IMG/VR virus record: IMGVR_UViG_3300048574_000208
Location: 1 to 42,315 of that record
Origin: a virus
Taxonomy: Duplodnaviria; Caudoviricetes
Length of the DNA: 42,315 nucleotides
Reading direction: 5' to 3' (one strand)
In this document: piece by piece, positions 24,255 to 34,408 of the stretch
Numbering within the stretch: the first letter of the stretch is position 1
Layout of the letters: the number at the start of each line of letters is the position of its first letter
Program-made: the position numbers and the translations under genes
Notes under the pieces: model-generated
Databases searched by the model: none
Told to the model about the DNA's origin: nothing
The model's input: the letters and a program-made list of their open reading frames with translations, nothing else

Positions 24255-24851
24255 GTGACCGATAGGCCGCGAGCGCGCGGCGAGGCGCCGCCGGGCGACA
24301 GGGTCAACGCGCGCCAGCTCGCGGAGCTGCTCGGGGTCAGACCGAACGCCATCAGCGCGGCCAAGAAGGCCGGTCGCATCCACGTGGGGCCCGATGGTCT
24401 CTACGATGCCGAGGCGGCGATGGCCGAGTTCAGGGGCTCGCGCGCCCGAGCGCCAGGACCAGGCCGTGGTCACGTCGGCGGTGAGCAGGGCTCGGAGGCG
24501 ATCCTGCCGTGCCCGACCTGCGGCAACCTGCGCGACCTGCAGTACTGGAAGACGAAGCGGGAGCGCGAGGCCTACCTCGCGGCGCGGCTCGACCGTCTCG
24601 AGCTGCAGGGGCGGCTCGTCCGGCGAGAGGATGCCGAGCGCGCCCAGGCGGCGATCGGCTCGATGATGCGGGCGTTCCTCGAGTCGATCGGGCCCGACCT
24701 CCGCGACGAGCTCGCGGCCGAGGACAGTCCGGCTCGCTGCGGCGAGCTCGTGGCGACGGCGATACGGGTCGCCCTCGAGCGCGCGGCCGAGCAGATCGGC
24801 AAGGTGGACGACGAGGGCTTCGACGAGGTCGACGATGACCTCGACCCGTGA
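24255..24851 (+). CDS. terS: Terminase small subunit (Nu1-like)
   Basis: N-terminal wHTH VNARQLAELLGV, coiled coil ...ELQGRLV, precedes the large subunit. Confidence 0.8.
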   Translation: MTDRPRARGEAPPGDRVNARQLAELLGVRPNAISAAKKAGRIHVGPDGLYDAEAAMAEFRGSRARAPGPGRGHVGGEQGSEAILPCPTCGNLRDLQYWKTKREREAYLAARLDRLELQGRLVRREDAERAQAAIGSMMRAFLESIGPDLRDELAAEDSPARCGELVATAIRVALERAAEQIGKVDDEGFDEVDDDLDP

Positions 24852-26847
24852 CACCCGGTCGCTGTACCGCGCCTTCGCAGCCGCGGTGAAGCCACCCCCG
24901 AACGTATCGACCTCGGAGTGGGCCGACACCTATCGGATGCTGACGAGCTCGCAGTCGGCGAACCCGGGTCGCTGGCAGACGTCGAAGGTCGAGTACCTGC
25001 GGGACATCATGGATGCGCTCTCGCCGGGTCGACCTGCGACGCGCGTGGTCGTGATGAAGAGCCGCCGCGGCGGCTTCACCGAGGGCTGCATCAACAACGT
25101 CATCGGGGCGCACATGCACATGCGGCCTGGCCCGATCCTCGTCCTGCAGCCGACCGAGAGCGACATCGAGGAGTGGAGCAAGGACAGTCTCGACCCGATG
25201 CTCGAGACGACGCCGACGTTGCGGTCGTTGGTGAGCTCGGACCGTCAGCGCGCGAAGGGCAACACGATCACCCACAAGCGGTTCCGCGGGGGCGTCTTCT
25301 ACGGCCGGTCGGCGAGCACGGCGAAGAGCTTCCGCCGCATCCTGGCCGAGGTCGTGTTGTGCGACGAGGAGGACGCCTACCCGCTCTCGGTGGACGACGA
25401 GGGGCGTCCGGGCAAGCTCGCCGACACGCGCGCGGACACCTTCCCGCACACGAAGAAGCTGCTGCACGGCGGGACGCCGACGGTGAAGGACCACTCGGCC
25501 ATCGAGGCCGAATATCTCCAGTCGACGATGGGCCATTTCTACGTGCCCTGTCCCGAGTGCCAGCAGATGCAGCGCCTCGTGTGGGAGCAAGTCGTCTGGC
25601 ACAACGACGACCCGAAGACGGCGGAGTATGTCTGCCTCCACTGTGGGGCCTGCATCCCTCACCGCAAGAAGCGCTGGATGCTCGACCGCCGCAACGGCTG
25701 TCACTGGCGGCACCAGCACCCCGAGCGGCCCACGCTCGGGTTCCAGTTCTCCGCGCTCTACTCGCCGTGGGTCCCGTGGTCGCAGCTCGTCGAGGAGTGG
25801 CTCGCGGCGAAGGGCGACCCGACGAAAGAGCAGATCTTCGTCAACACCGCGCTCGGCGAGACCTGGGATCTCATCAACGCGGAGAAGTGGGACGACGAAG
25901 GGTTCAGGGCGTTGCTCGAGCCGCTGGCGACGGTTCCGCGTCGGGCGGCTGTGCTGACCGCCGGGGTCGACGTGCAGGACGATCGCCTGGTCGTGACGGT
26001 CGACGCCTGGGCCTCTGGCGAGGAGCGATGGACCCTCGACCGCCGCGACCTCCTCGGCGACCCGTCGACGCCCGCGTTGTGGCACGAGCTGACCCTCGCG
26101 CTGCGGCGGCGGTATCCGGTGGAGGGCGGCGGCTCGGCGTACATCCGCGCGACCTGTGTCGACACCGGCGGCCACTACACACAGACGGCCTGGGACTTCT
26201 GCCGGCGCCACCACTCGAGCAACGTGTGGGGCATCAAGGGCAGTCACGTCGAGGGCGCGCTGATCTGGCCGCGCGAGAAGCGGTTCCGGAACAAGGGCGG
26301 CTACTCGCCGGTGATGGTCGGCGTCAGCGCCGCAAAGGAGATCCTGCACGCGCGGCTCAAGCGGAGCATGACGCGGGCGCTCGGCGAGCGGAAGAAGCCT
26401 CCGGCCCTGCGGACCCGGCTCGGTGGTCCCTCGCACTGGCACTTCGCCGACCACCTCCGGGAGGGGCACTTCGAGGAGCTCACCGCAGAGGTGCAGGTCG
26501 TCGAGCACTCGCGCTCGAAGACGGGTGGGCCGGGGCGGCTCAAGCGGCGGTGGGTGCTTCGAGAGTCGGGCCGGCGCAACGAGGGTCTGGACTGTTCGGT
26601 GTACAGCTACGCCGCGCTGCAAGGTCTGCTGTCGGCGAAGGCGGTCGTCCTCGACATCCCACTGACCCCCTCGTCCCGACCGGCGACCTCTCCCACTCGG
26701 GACGAATCCACGGCGCGGGAGCCCACCCCGACCCCGCTCCCCTCTCCCACTCGGGACGAATCCACGGCGCGGGAGCCCACCCCACCCGCGCGTCGGGGTG
26801 GCCGGCGTGAGCGCAAGATCGCCGACCCCTACCTGACGCCCCGCTGA
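24835..26847 (+). CDS. terL: Terminase large subunit (lambda gpA family)
   Basis: SEWAD, PGRW, KSRRGGFTE (Walker A), LCDEED (Walker B), TPT, VPCPEC, F.NT.LGE, LTAGVDVQDDRL, DTGG, RNEGLDC. Confidence 0.95.
   Translation: MTSTRDTRSLYRAFAAAVKPPPNVSTSEWADTYRMLTSSQSANPGRWQTSKVEYLRDIMDALSPGRPATRVVVMKSRRGGFTEGCINNVIGAHMHMRPGPILVLQPTESDIEEWSKDSLDPMLETTPTLRSLVSSDRQRAKGNTITHKRFRGGVFYGRSASTAKSFRRILAEVVLCDEEDAYPLSVDDEGRPGKLADTRADTFPHTKKLLHGGTPTVKDHSAIEAEYLQSTMGHFYVPCPECQQMQRLVWEQVVWHNDDPKTAEYVCLHCGACIPHRKKRWMLDRRNGCHWRHQHPERPTLGFQFSALYSPWVPWSQLVEEWLAAKGDPTKEQIFVNTALGETWDLINAEKWDDEGFRALLEPLATVPRRAAVLTAGVDVQDDRLVVTVDAWASGEERWTLDRRDLLGDPSTPALWHELTLALRRRYPVEGGGSAYIRATCVDTGGHYTQTAWDFCRRHHSSNVWGIKGSHVEGALIWPREKRFRNKGGYSPVMVGVSAAKEILHARLKRSMTRALGERKKPPALRTRLGGPSHWHFADHLREGHFEELTAEVQVVEHSRSKTGGPGRLKRRWVLRESGRRNEGLDCSVYSYAALQGLLSAKAVVLDIPLTPSSRPATSPTRDESTAREPTPTPLPSPTRDESTAREPTPPARRGGRRERKIADPYLTPR
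26687..26783 (+). repeat. 43-bp exact direct repeat (period 54) in the terL 3' end
   Basis: 26687-26729 equals 26741-26783; encodes SPTRDESTAREPTP twice. Confidence 0.9.
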
Positions 26848-26879
26848 CGCGCGCGCGACCGCTTCCCGTAGATGGGCGC

Positions 26880-27098
26880 ATGGGACTCACCCCGACCCGC
26901 ATCCAGACGCTGATCGACGAGCTCGACGAGATGATCGCGTGCGGGCTCACCGGCGTCACGACGAGCGACGGCAAGACCGTCACGATGGACGAGATCGACG
27001 GGCTGAAGAAGCGTCGCGCACACCTCGAGGCGCTCGCTCGCGGGCGCACGAAGCGCGTGGTGAAGACCTCCTACGTGCGGCTCAGGGACGCGGACTGA
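26880..27098 (+). CDS. Head completion protein (gpW-like)
   Basis: 72 aa between terL and portal; helix, hairpin (VTTSDGKTVT), helix. Confidence 0.75.
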   Translation: MGLTPTRIQTLIDELDEMIACGLTGVTTSDGKTVTMDEIDGLKKRRAHLEALARGRTKRVVKTSYVRLRDAD

Positions 27099-28720
27099 TG
27101 GCCAAGAGCTCCTGGATCGAGACTGCAGCCCGGGGCGCACGCGCACTGCTCGCCGCCAACGCTGTGCCCGAGTTCGCCAAGCCGTTCGCGCGGGCGCTGA
27201 GCGCCTTTGGAGGCTACGAGGCCGCGAAGCCCTCGCGACTGCGCCACGACTGGACGACCCAGAGCGCCGGGCCGAACACCAGCCTGGCGGCCTCGACGAC
27301 GAACCTGGTGGCACGAGCGCGCGACCTCGAGCGGAACGACGCGCACTGGGCCAAGTTCCTGCAGCTCCTGGCGGACGAGGTCGTCGGGACGGGCATCATC
27401 CCGCGAGCCGTGCACGGCCGCGCGGCTGAGGACAAGGCCCCGGACTCGAAGCCCAAGCCGCGGACCAAGGCGCAGCGCCAGGCGGACGCGGCCTGGGATT
27501 GGATGTGCCGGTGGGGTGTCGCCAGCACGGAGCGCCGCCACACGCTCTACGCGATGATGTGGCTCGCCGCGATGGCCTGGGGCCGTGACGGCTCGGTCTT
27601 CATCCGCCGCGTGTGGGACCGGGAGAAGGGGCGGCTCGTGCCGATCCGGTTCCAGCTGCTCGAGCGCGACATGCTCGACCGCACGAAGTCGGGCCGCACC
27701 GAGACGGGCGGGCAGGTCATCGCCGGCATCCAGGTGTCGGCCGAGGGTGCGGTCGAGGGCTACTGGTTCTATCGGTCGCATCCCGGCGAGTCGGGGCTCG
27801 CGTTCACGGTCGGGTCGGTGTTCGTGCCGGCCTACGACGTGATCCACCTGTACATGCCGACGCGCGCCGGACAGCTCGACGGCGTGCCGTTCGGCACCGC
27901 GTCGATGGTGCGCAAGCGCGACCTCGGCACCTATGAGGCCGCGGAGCTGACGCGCAAGGAGACGGAGGCCATGACGGCCGTCGTCGTGACCGCGCCGCCC
28001 ATCGCCGAGGCGATCGGCCCGCTCGAGACCGACGAGGAGGACGGGACGCAGTACGGCATCACGCCGACCGTGTTGAATGCCAAGGGTGAGGCGGTCGGCG
28101 ACCTACGGCCGGGCGCGGTCCTGACGGTCGAGAACGGCGGCTCGGTGACGAGCCTGCAGCCGACGCCGACCGCGTTCTATCCCGAGTACAAGAAGGCGAT
28201 GCTGCGCGAGATCGCGGCGGGTCTCCAGACGACCTACGAGGACCTGAGCGGCGACCTCGAAGGCGTCAACTACACGAGCTACCGCGCGGGTCACCTCAAG
28301 CGACACGCCTACGTCGATGGCCTGCAGTGGCTGTGCTTCATCCCGACGGTGTGCGACCGCCTGTGGGAGTGGACCCAGGAGGCCGCCTACCTGGTCGGCT
28401 CGGTGTCGACGCCGACGATGCCGGTCGAGTGGGCCCCGCCGAAGCGCTTCAGCGTGGACCCGGAGAAGGACGCGCTCGCGGACATCATCGAGGAGCGAGC
28501 GGGCTACGCGCTGCACGACGACAAGCTCGCGCAGCGCGGCCTCGACCCGGCGACCTTCTACGAGCGACGCAAGGCCGAACACCTGAAGCTCGATTCGGCG
28601 GGGCTCGTGGTCGACGCCGACCCGCGCAAGATGGCCTTCCGCGGTGCCTTCCCGCCTGCGGTGCAGGGCACCCCACTCGCGGACGAGAGCCCGAAGACGG
28701 CAGAGAAGATCGAGGAGTAG
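27098..28720 (+). CDS. Portal protein, lambda family
   Basis: YEAA, L.ARARDLERND, VVGTGI.P, R.GQ..GVP, YEDLSGD...VNY.S.RAG, VDP.KD. Confidence 0.95.
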   Translation: MAKSSWIETAARGARALLAANAVPEFAKPFARALSAFGGYEAAKPSRLRHDWTTQSAGPNTSLAASTTNLVARARDLERNDAHWAKFLQLLADEVVGTGIIPRAVHGRAAEDKAPDSKPKPRTKAQRQADAAWDWMCRWGVASTERRHTLYAMMWLAAMAWGRDGSVFIRRVWDREKGRLVPIRFQLLERDMLDRTKSGRTETGGQVIAGIQVSAEGAVEGYWFYRSHPGESGLAFTVGSVFVPAYDVIHLYMPTRAGQLDGVPFGTASMVRKRDLGTYEAAELTRKETEAMTAVVVTAPPIAEAIGPLETDEEDGTQYGITPTVLNAKGEAVGDLRPGAVLTVENGGSVTSLQPTPTAFYPEYKKAMLREIAAGLQTTYEDLSGDLEGVNYTSYRAGHLKRHAYVDGLQWLCFIPTVCDRLWEWTQEAAYLVGSVSTPTMPVEWAPPKRFSVDPEKDALADIIEERAGYALHDDKLAQRGLDPATFYERRKAEHLKLDSAGLVVDADPRKMAFRGAFPPAVQGTPLADESPKTAEKIEE

Positions 28721-28723
28721 GCC

Positions 28724-30787
28724 ATGCACAAAACCTTCGACATCGCCGTGCCCGAGCTCCGCGAGCTCAAGGCGGCCTTCGTGCCGTCGACCTTCGATGC
28801 GGCCGCGCGCACCGTGAAGGTGTTGCTCTATTCCCGGGGCTTCTCGCGCCCGACGCGCAACCCCGAGGACCCGTGGGCTGGCGTGGTCGAGGAGACCTTC
28901 TCCCTCGAGCCTGGCGCGATGCGCATGGAGCGTCTCGCGCATGGCGTGCCGCTGACGGTGGCGCACCTCGGTTGGTATCCGCAGGCCGCGGCGGCCGACC
29001 CGCTCAAGGCTCTCGAGGCGGTGCTCGGCAAGATCGAGGACATCACGATCACCGAGGCCGGCATCGAGGGCGTGCTCCGGTTCTCGTCGCGCGAGTCGAT
29101 CGAGTGGGTCGTGCAGGACGTCAAGGACGGCATCCTGGATGCGGTGTCGATGGGCGCGCGCACGTTCCGGGCCGTCATCGAGCAGCGCGAGGGCAAGCCC
29201 GACCTCTGGACCTGGGTCGATTGGGAGCTGTGCGAAGGATCGATCACCCCCATTCAAGCGGACCCCAACGCGCGCACACAGTCGGCCAGTCGAGAGACCG
29301 ACCCACAGAAGGACACGACCATGCCGGCACCGACCGAAACCCAGCCCGCCCCCGACGCGCAGACCGACGCCAAGATCCGGGCGGAGGCCCGTAAGCTGGC
29401 GGCCGAGCAGCTCGCCAACACCAAGGTCGCGCGCGAGCTCGCGCGGAAGTTCGGCCTCGACGAGGACAAGGTCGAGGGCCTGGTGGCGGAGCACGACAGC
29501 TTCGACAAGGTGAAGCTCAAGATCCTCGAGATGGCGGCCGACAACCAGAAGGGCGATGGGGCCACCTCGATCCTCAGCGCTCACTCGGTCGAGGTCGGCG
29601 CCGAGGCGCACGAGAAGCAGACCCGTCTTCTGCAGGCGGGCATGACGCTGCGCCTGCTCGGCAAAGAGCCGCGCGAGGCCAAAGACCTGCTCGAGGACCT
29701 GGGCGTGAAGCCCGATGATCGCGAGGTGCGCCGCGCCGCGACGCTCTCGATGATGGACATCGGCGAGTCGCTCTTCGAGGCTCGCGGCGGCGACGTCCGC
29801 AAGCTCCGCGGCCTGTCGCGCCTCGACCGCGTCAAGGTGCTCATGGGCGCGACGGACGTCCCGGGCCTGCGCACCTTCGCGTCCTCGGCCGACATGCCCA
29901 TCCTCATCGGAGCGGCGCTCCGCAGCTACACCCGCATGCGGTTTGTCGAGCGGCGGAGCGACTGGAAGCGCGCGTCGAAGAAGGTCAACCTGCCCGACTT
30001 CGAGAGCGTGCAGGCGCTGGGTGGTGGCAACTTCCCCGCGCTCCTGCCGGTCGACGAGAACGGCGTCTACCAGCGTGGCGGTGTCACCGAGAGCGACTAC
30101 CGCGTGCGCCTGAAGAAGGCCGGCCGGATCTTCCCGGTCAGCTGGGAGCTCATCCTCGCCGACCGGTGGGGCCGCATCCAGCAGCTCGCGGATGACCGCG
30201 TGACCGCCTGCATCCGGTACGAGGACCGCGTCGTCGAGGGGACCTTCGTGGCCAACAAGATGGCCGACGGCACCACCGACATCTTCTCGGTCGCCCACGC
30301 CAACATTTCCGCGACCACGGGCACGCCGAGCACGGCGACGCTCAAGGGCGGCATGAAGGTGATGGCGCGTCAGCGCGGCGAGCCCGGCAAGGCTGGCGAG
30401 CCCGATGCGGCCGGCGACTACCTCAAGCTCAAGCCTGCCTACTGGATGCTCGGCACCGACGACCACACGGACGCCGAGGCGCTGCTCGGTCCGAACTACC
30501 TCCCGACCGCCGCCAGCGCGGCGCCGACCGAGAAGATGAAGGGGCTGCGGAACGGCCTGCTCGAGGAGCCCTTCCTCGACGACCAGGACCCGGTCTACTC
30601 GATCCTCATCGCCGACCCGAACGAGATCGTCTGCCTGCAGCACGGCTACCTCGAAGGTGCCGACGGCCCGATCCTCGAAGAGGAGACCGGCTTCACGGTC
30701 GACGGCAAGGACTACAAGGTCATGCTGCCGTTCTACTTCTCGATCGTCGAGTACCGCGGCCTCGCCAAGATCCCGCGCTCCGGCTGA
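28724..30787 (+). CDS. Fused prohead protease, scaffold and major capsid protein
   Basis: N-terminal protease (AH, DGIL.AVSMG, WELCEGSITPIQADP), charged linker, capsid domain (S.DMP..I, V..PDF, K.GRIF.VSWE.I..D, GF.VDG, YRG). Confidence 0.88.
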   Translation: MHKTFDIAVPELRELKAAFVPSTFDAAARTVKVLLYSRGFSRPTRNPEDPWAGVVEETFSLEPGAMRMERLAHGVPLTVAHLGWYPQAAAADPLKALEAVLGKIEDITITEAGIEGVLRFSSRESIEWVVQDVKDGILDAVSMGARTFRAVIEQREGKPDLWTWVDWELCEGSITPIQADPNARTQSASRETDPQKDTTMPAPTETQPAPDAQTDAKIRAEARKLAAEQLANTKVARELARKFGLDEDKVEGLVAEHDSFDKVKLKILEMAADNQKGDGATSILSAHSVEVGAEAHEKQTRLLQAGMTLRLLGKEPREAKDLLEDLGVKPDDREVRRAATLSMMDIGESLFEARGGDVRKLRGLSRLDRVKVLMGATDVPGLRTFASSADMPILIGAALRSYTRMRFVERRSDWKRASKKVNLPDFESVQALGGGNFPALLPVDENGVYQRGGVTESDYRVRLKKAGRIFPVSWELILADRWGRIQQLADDRVTACIRYEDRVVEGTFVANKMADGTTDIFSVAHANISATTGTPSTATLKGGMKVMARQRGEPGKAGEPDAAGDYLKLKPAYWMLGTDDHTDAEALLGPNYLPTAASAAPTEKMKGLRNGLLEEPFLDDQDPVYSILIADPNEIVCLQHGYLEGADGPILEEETGFTVDGKDYKVMLPFYFSIVEYRGLAKIPRSG

Positions 30788-30844
30788 TCCGAGCTCAGGC
30801 TCGACCACACCCTCGTCGCCCTCGCCCTCGCTCAGGAGTCCATC

Positions 30845-31573
30845 ATGTCGCAGACGTTTCGCCAGGAGGCCCACGAGCCGGTGCAGTTCACCGCGCCCGA
30901 GGGTGGAGTCACCAACGAGGAGCCGGTGGTCATCAACGGCTTCGTCGTGCTGCCGCTCACCGATGCCGACGAGGGCGAGACCTTCGCGGGTCGCCTCGGC
31001 GCGATCCATCGCCTCCCGAAGGCGACCGGGTTCGCGCCGGCCCAGGGCGACATCGCGTACCAGGACCTCGGCGCCGACGCGCGCCTCGAGTCGACCGGCT
31101 ACCCGATCGGCCGGTACCTCGCCGCCGCCGGCTCGAGCGACACCACGGCGCTGGTGTTCGTGACAGCCGAGCTCAACCTGCAGGCCTTCGGGCCGCAGCT
31201 GCTCGAGTTCACGCTCCAACCGCCCAGCGGCGTGGCGGCCTCGCGTGACTTCATCTTCACCGCGCCCGATGCCGGTGAGCTCGAAGAGCTCGAGCTCTTC
31301 ACCAGCGAGCGGCCGGGCTCGTCGCTGGGAACGGTCGTCGAGACCGTCACGAACCTCACGGGCACGGTCAACATGCTCGACGCGACCAACATCGAGCTCG
31401 AAGCGGGCATCACCAACGGCACGCCGCTCCTGCCGACGCTCAGCGCGACCCCGGCCAACAAGCGGTTCGCCCGTGGGGACCGCATCCGGTTCCGCATCAC
31501 GTCGACCAACGCCGACGTCGTCGCGGGCGCGGGCATCGCGCACCGCGTGAAGTGGCGCCGCCGCGTCGCCTGA
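30845..31573 (+). CDS. Capsid decoration/cement protein (DUF2190-like) with C-terminal extension
   Basis: F.QE....FTAP.GGV.....V.I.G...LPK...GD..Y...IG pattern directly after capsid; about 130 extra beta-rich aa. Confidence 0.65.
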   Translation: MSQTFRQEAHEPVQFTAPEGGVTNEEPVVINGFVVLPLTDADEGETFAGRLGAIHRLPKATGFAPAQGDIAYQDLGADARLESTGYPIGRYLAAAGSSDTTALVFVTAELNLQAFGPQLLEFTLQPPSGVAASRDFIFTAPDAGELEELELFTSERPGSSLGTVVETVTNLTGTVNMLDATNIELEAGITNGTPLLPTLSATPANKRFARGDRIRFRITSTNADVVAGAGIAHRVKWRRRVA

Positions 31574-31585
31574 TAGGCCACCGCC

Positions 31586-31924
31586 GTGGACGTCGACAGG
31601 ATGATGGGATGGGCGACACGCGCCGTCGAGCGCGTGTTCGGCAAGACCATCGCCTACACCCATCCTGACGCGACCACCTACACGTTCGACGCCGACTTCC
31701 AGGAGGCGGCGCGCGTCTCGAACCTGGGGGCGATGATCGAGGCCGACACCGTCATGCCGGCCCTCGACGTGCGCAAGACGGCGCTCGACGCGATCGGTCT
31801 GTGGCCCGTCTCGGGCGCGCGCGTGACCTTCACCGTGCATGACGAGCCGCGGACGTACCGCGTCGTCGTCGTGAGCCAGCCCGGGCCGGACTCGGTCCTG
31901 CTCGTCCTCGGAGAGCGCTCGTGA
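31586..31924 (+). CDS. Head-tail joining protein (gpFII-like)
   Basis: Size, position and beta-rich pattern (VFGKTIAY...YRVV...VLLVL). Confidence 0.65.
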   Translation: MDVDRMMGWATRAVERVFGKTIAYTHPDATTYTFDADFQEAARVSNLGAMIEADTVMPALDVRKTALDAIGLWPVSGARVTFTVHDEPRTYRVVVVSQPGPDSVLLVLGERS

Positions 31925-32499
31925 CGGACTGGATCACGCTCGAGCGCCGAGCGCTCAAGGCGGCCCTCATCGAGGCTGACACGCTGGCCGAGGATCGTGT
32001 CGAGAGCGAGCAGAACAACCCGGTGTCCGCGCACCCGCTCGAGGCCGCTCAGGAGCTGCCCAAGGTGTGCGTCTACACGAAGATGGATGAGCACACGGGG
32101 GGCGGCCCGCCGACAGCCTGGAGCACCCGGCTCACGCTCGTCATCGACTGCTGGGCCTATGGCACGGCGACCGAAGAGCTGACGGCCCAGGAGGTCGCGG
32201 GAGACGCGCGTGACGAGCTCGTGTCGCAGGTCCTCGGCGCCACCACGGGCTCGCCGGACTGGTTGGCGCGGTGGCAGTCGGTCGCACGGGTGTCGGTCAA
32301 GCGCGGCCTCGCGGCGCAGGGACAGCTCGTGCTCAGCGCAGCGCAGATCGAGATCGTCGTCGAGACCTACACCGAGCACGGGCTCGAGAGTCGCACCGAC
32401 ACCGACGCCTTCGAGACTTCCAACACCACGGTTGAGACGGCCAAAGATGCGACCGGCGCCCCCCTCCAGATCTCAGTCGAGCTGGAGCAAGACCCCTGA
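31921..32499 (+). CDS. Tail terminator/completion protein
   Basis: Position before sheath; ELPKVCVYT..E motif. Confidence 0.6.
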   Translation: MTDWITLERRALKAALIEADTLAEDRVESEQNNPVSAHPLEAAQELPKVCVYTKMDEHTGGGPPTAWSTRLTLVIDCWAYGTATEELTAQEVAGDARDELVSQVLGATTGSPDWLARWQSVARVSVKRGLAAQGQLVLSAAQIEIVVETYTEHGLESRTDTDAFETSNTTVETAKDATGAPLQISVELEQDP

Positions 32500-32511
32500 C
32501 AGGAGGTCGCC

Positions 32512-34017
32512 GTGGTTTCTTTTTCGCAGATCTCGCCCACCAGGCGCATCCCGCTGTTCGTCGCGGAGTTCTCGGCGTCGCCGCAGGCTCCGGTCGCCGA
32601 CTTCGTCAACCCGAGCATCGTCCTCGCGCAGAAGACGCCCGCGGCCTCGGCCGTGGTGGGTCAGCGGTACAGGATCAGCATGGAGGGCCAGGCCGCCGAC
32701 CTGTTCGGGGCCGGATCTCCGGCTCACCTGATGTGCCGGGCGTTCCTCGCGCAGCACCCGACCGGCACGCTCTACTGCGCTGCTCAGACCGATGCGACGG
32801 ACGCCACGGCCGCCTCGACGACGCTGACCTTCACGGGTCCGTCGACCGCTGCCGGCACCCTCTTCCTCTACGTCGGCGGCGTCCTGGTCGAGGTCGGCGT
32901 CACGAGCGGCATGACCGCGGCGCAGATCGCCACCGCGGTCGCGGCCGCCATCAACGCGGCTACAGCTCTGCCTGTCACCGCTGCGGCGGCTGACGGGGTG
33001 GTCACTGTGACCTGCAAGGTCGAGGGCACGGTCGGCAACCAGGTCGCGGTCGCCGTCAACGCGCTCGGCCCGGCCGCTGGCCAGCAGCTTCCGGCCGGTG
33101 TCGGAGTCACCATCCCCTCGTCCTACACGACCGCTCAGGGCGGGATCGTCGCCATGCTCGCGAGCGGCGCGACGGACCCGACCGCGTCGGCCTGGGGCAC
33201 GTCGCTCGGCGATGACGCCTTCGACGACATCGCCTTCCAGAGCGACAACACCACCGCGGTCGACGCCCTGCGCACGACGCTGGCCGCGCGCTGGAACGCG
33301 AACAGCGCGAAGGACGGCCGGCTCTACATCGCCAAGGGCGACAGCTCGGCCGACCTGCTCACCTACTACGCCGCCCGCAACGACGAGCGCCTGTCGGTGA
33401 TGAGCTTCCCCGAGCTCGCGGGCCAGCTCACGCCGGCCTTCGAGATCGCCGCGGCCTATGCCGGTGTCGCCGCGCGCGAGCTCGCGAACGATCCCGCGGC
33501 GCCGATTCAGATGCTTCCGCTGGTCGGCGTCTGGCCGCTCTTCGCCAACTTCTCCGACACCGACCGGAACGGGCTCGCGTACGACGGCGGCGCCACGATG
33601 GTCGTGCAGGGCTCGTCCGTGTTCGTGGAGTTCGAGGGCACGACCCGCCGGAAGGACGAGTACAACGCGCGGGACACCTCGGCCGAGGACATCCAGATCC
33701 CGGCCATCCGGTCTCGCATCCGTCGGCGCCTGGGGGCGGCGACTCGCGCCGCGTATCCGCGGCACAAGCTCGCCACCGACGACACGCCGATCGCGGGCGG
33801 CCAGCGCATCGTCACGCCCCGCCTCTACGCCGCCTTTCTCGTGGCGCGGGCCGAGGAGATGGCGCGTGACGGGCTCATCGAGGACCTCGACGCCTTCAAG
33901 GCCGGGCTCCTCGTCGAGCGCGACGAGAACAACCCGAACCGGCTCAACTCGTACATCACGCCGAACGCGATCAACCGCGCCCGCGTGTTCGCGATGAACA
34001 TCGCGATGGGAGGCTGA
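32512..34017 (+). CDS. Contractile tail sheath (Mu gpL-like)
   Basis: F.QI....R.PLF.AEF, LFGAGS, LPVTA, G.VGN, DPA.P.Q.L.L.G, YPRHKL, IVTP, VERD..NPNRLN. Confidence 0.93.
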   Translation: MVSFSQISPTRRIPLFVAEFSASPQAPVADFVNPSIVLAQKTPAASAVVGQRYRISMEGQAADLFGAGSPAHLMCRAFLAQHPTGTLYCAAQTDATDATAASTTLTFTGPSTAAGTLFLYVGGVLVEVGVTSGMTAAQIATAVAAAINAATALPVTAAAADGVVTVTCKVEGTVGNQVAVAVNALGPAAGQQLPAGVGVTIPSSYTTAQGGIVAMLASGATDPTASAWGTSLGDDAFDDIAFQSDNTTAVDALRTTLAARWNANSAKDGRLYIAKGDSSADLLTYYAARNDERLSVMSFPELAGQLTPAFEIAAAYAGVAARELANDPAAPIQMLPLVGVWPLFANFSDTDRNGLAYDGGATMVVQGSSVFVEFEGTTRRKDEYNARDTSAEDIQIPAIRSRIRRRLGAATRAAYPRHKLATDDTPIAGGQRIVTPRLYAAFLVARAEEMARDGLIEDLDAFKAGLLVERDENNPNRLNSYITPNAINRARVFAMNIAMGG

Positions 34018-34018
34018 C

Positions 34019-34408
34019 ATGGCGTCGAAGAAGGTGCGGGCCGGTATCCGGTCTCTGCAGGTGACCGACAAAGAGCGTGGCGACACGATCGCCTTCGACG
34101 TCGGAGGAACCGTCGAGGTCGAGCTCTCGGGCTCCGTGGCCGAGACGATGGAGTCGGCCAACAACCCGGCCGCCGGCTACAAGGAGACGGCCAGCCGGGG
34201 GCGACTCTCGTCCGAGGTCCTCGACGGCGGCGATGTGTCGCTGTCGCGCATGATGGGCTGGCGCGACGTGACGGCGATTTGCCAGTGCGCCAACGGCAAG
34301 ACCTACTCGGCTGACGGCTGGCTCACCGACAAGCCCAGCCTCAACGTCCTCGACGGCACCCTCACCATCGCCATCGAGGGCATCGTCACGGAGCTGACCT
34401 TCGGATGA
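34019..34408 (+). CDS. Tail tube (Mu gpM-like)
   Basis: 129 aa after sheath; GYKET, NGKTY. Confidence 0.8.
   Translation: MASKKVRAGIRSLQVTDKERGDTIAFDVGGTVEVELSGSVAETMESANNPAAGYKETASRGRLSSEVLDGGDVSLSRMMGWRDVTAICQCANGKTYSADGWLTDKPSLNVLDGTLTIAIEGIVTELTFG

Noticed and set aside
28103-31840. 1245-aa minus-strand ORF and other long antisense ORFs (e.g. 24430-26622, 32473-34164, 9845-11452)
   Set aside because: Shadows of well-supported opposite-strand genes in high-GC DNA; no recognisable motifs
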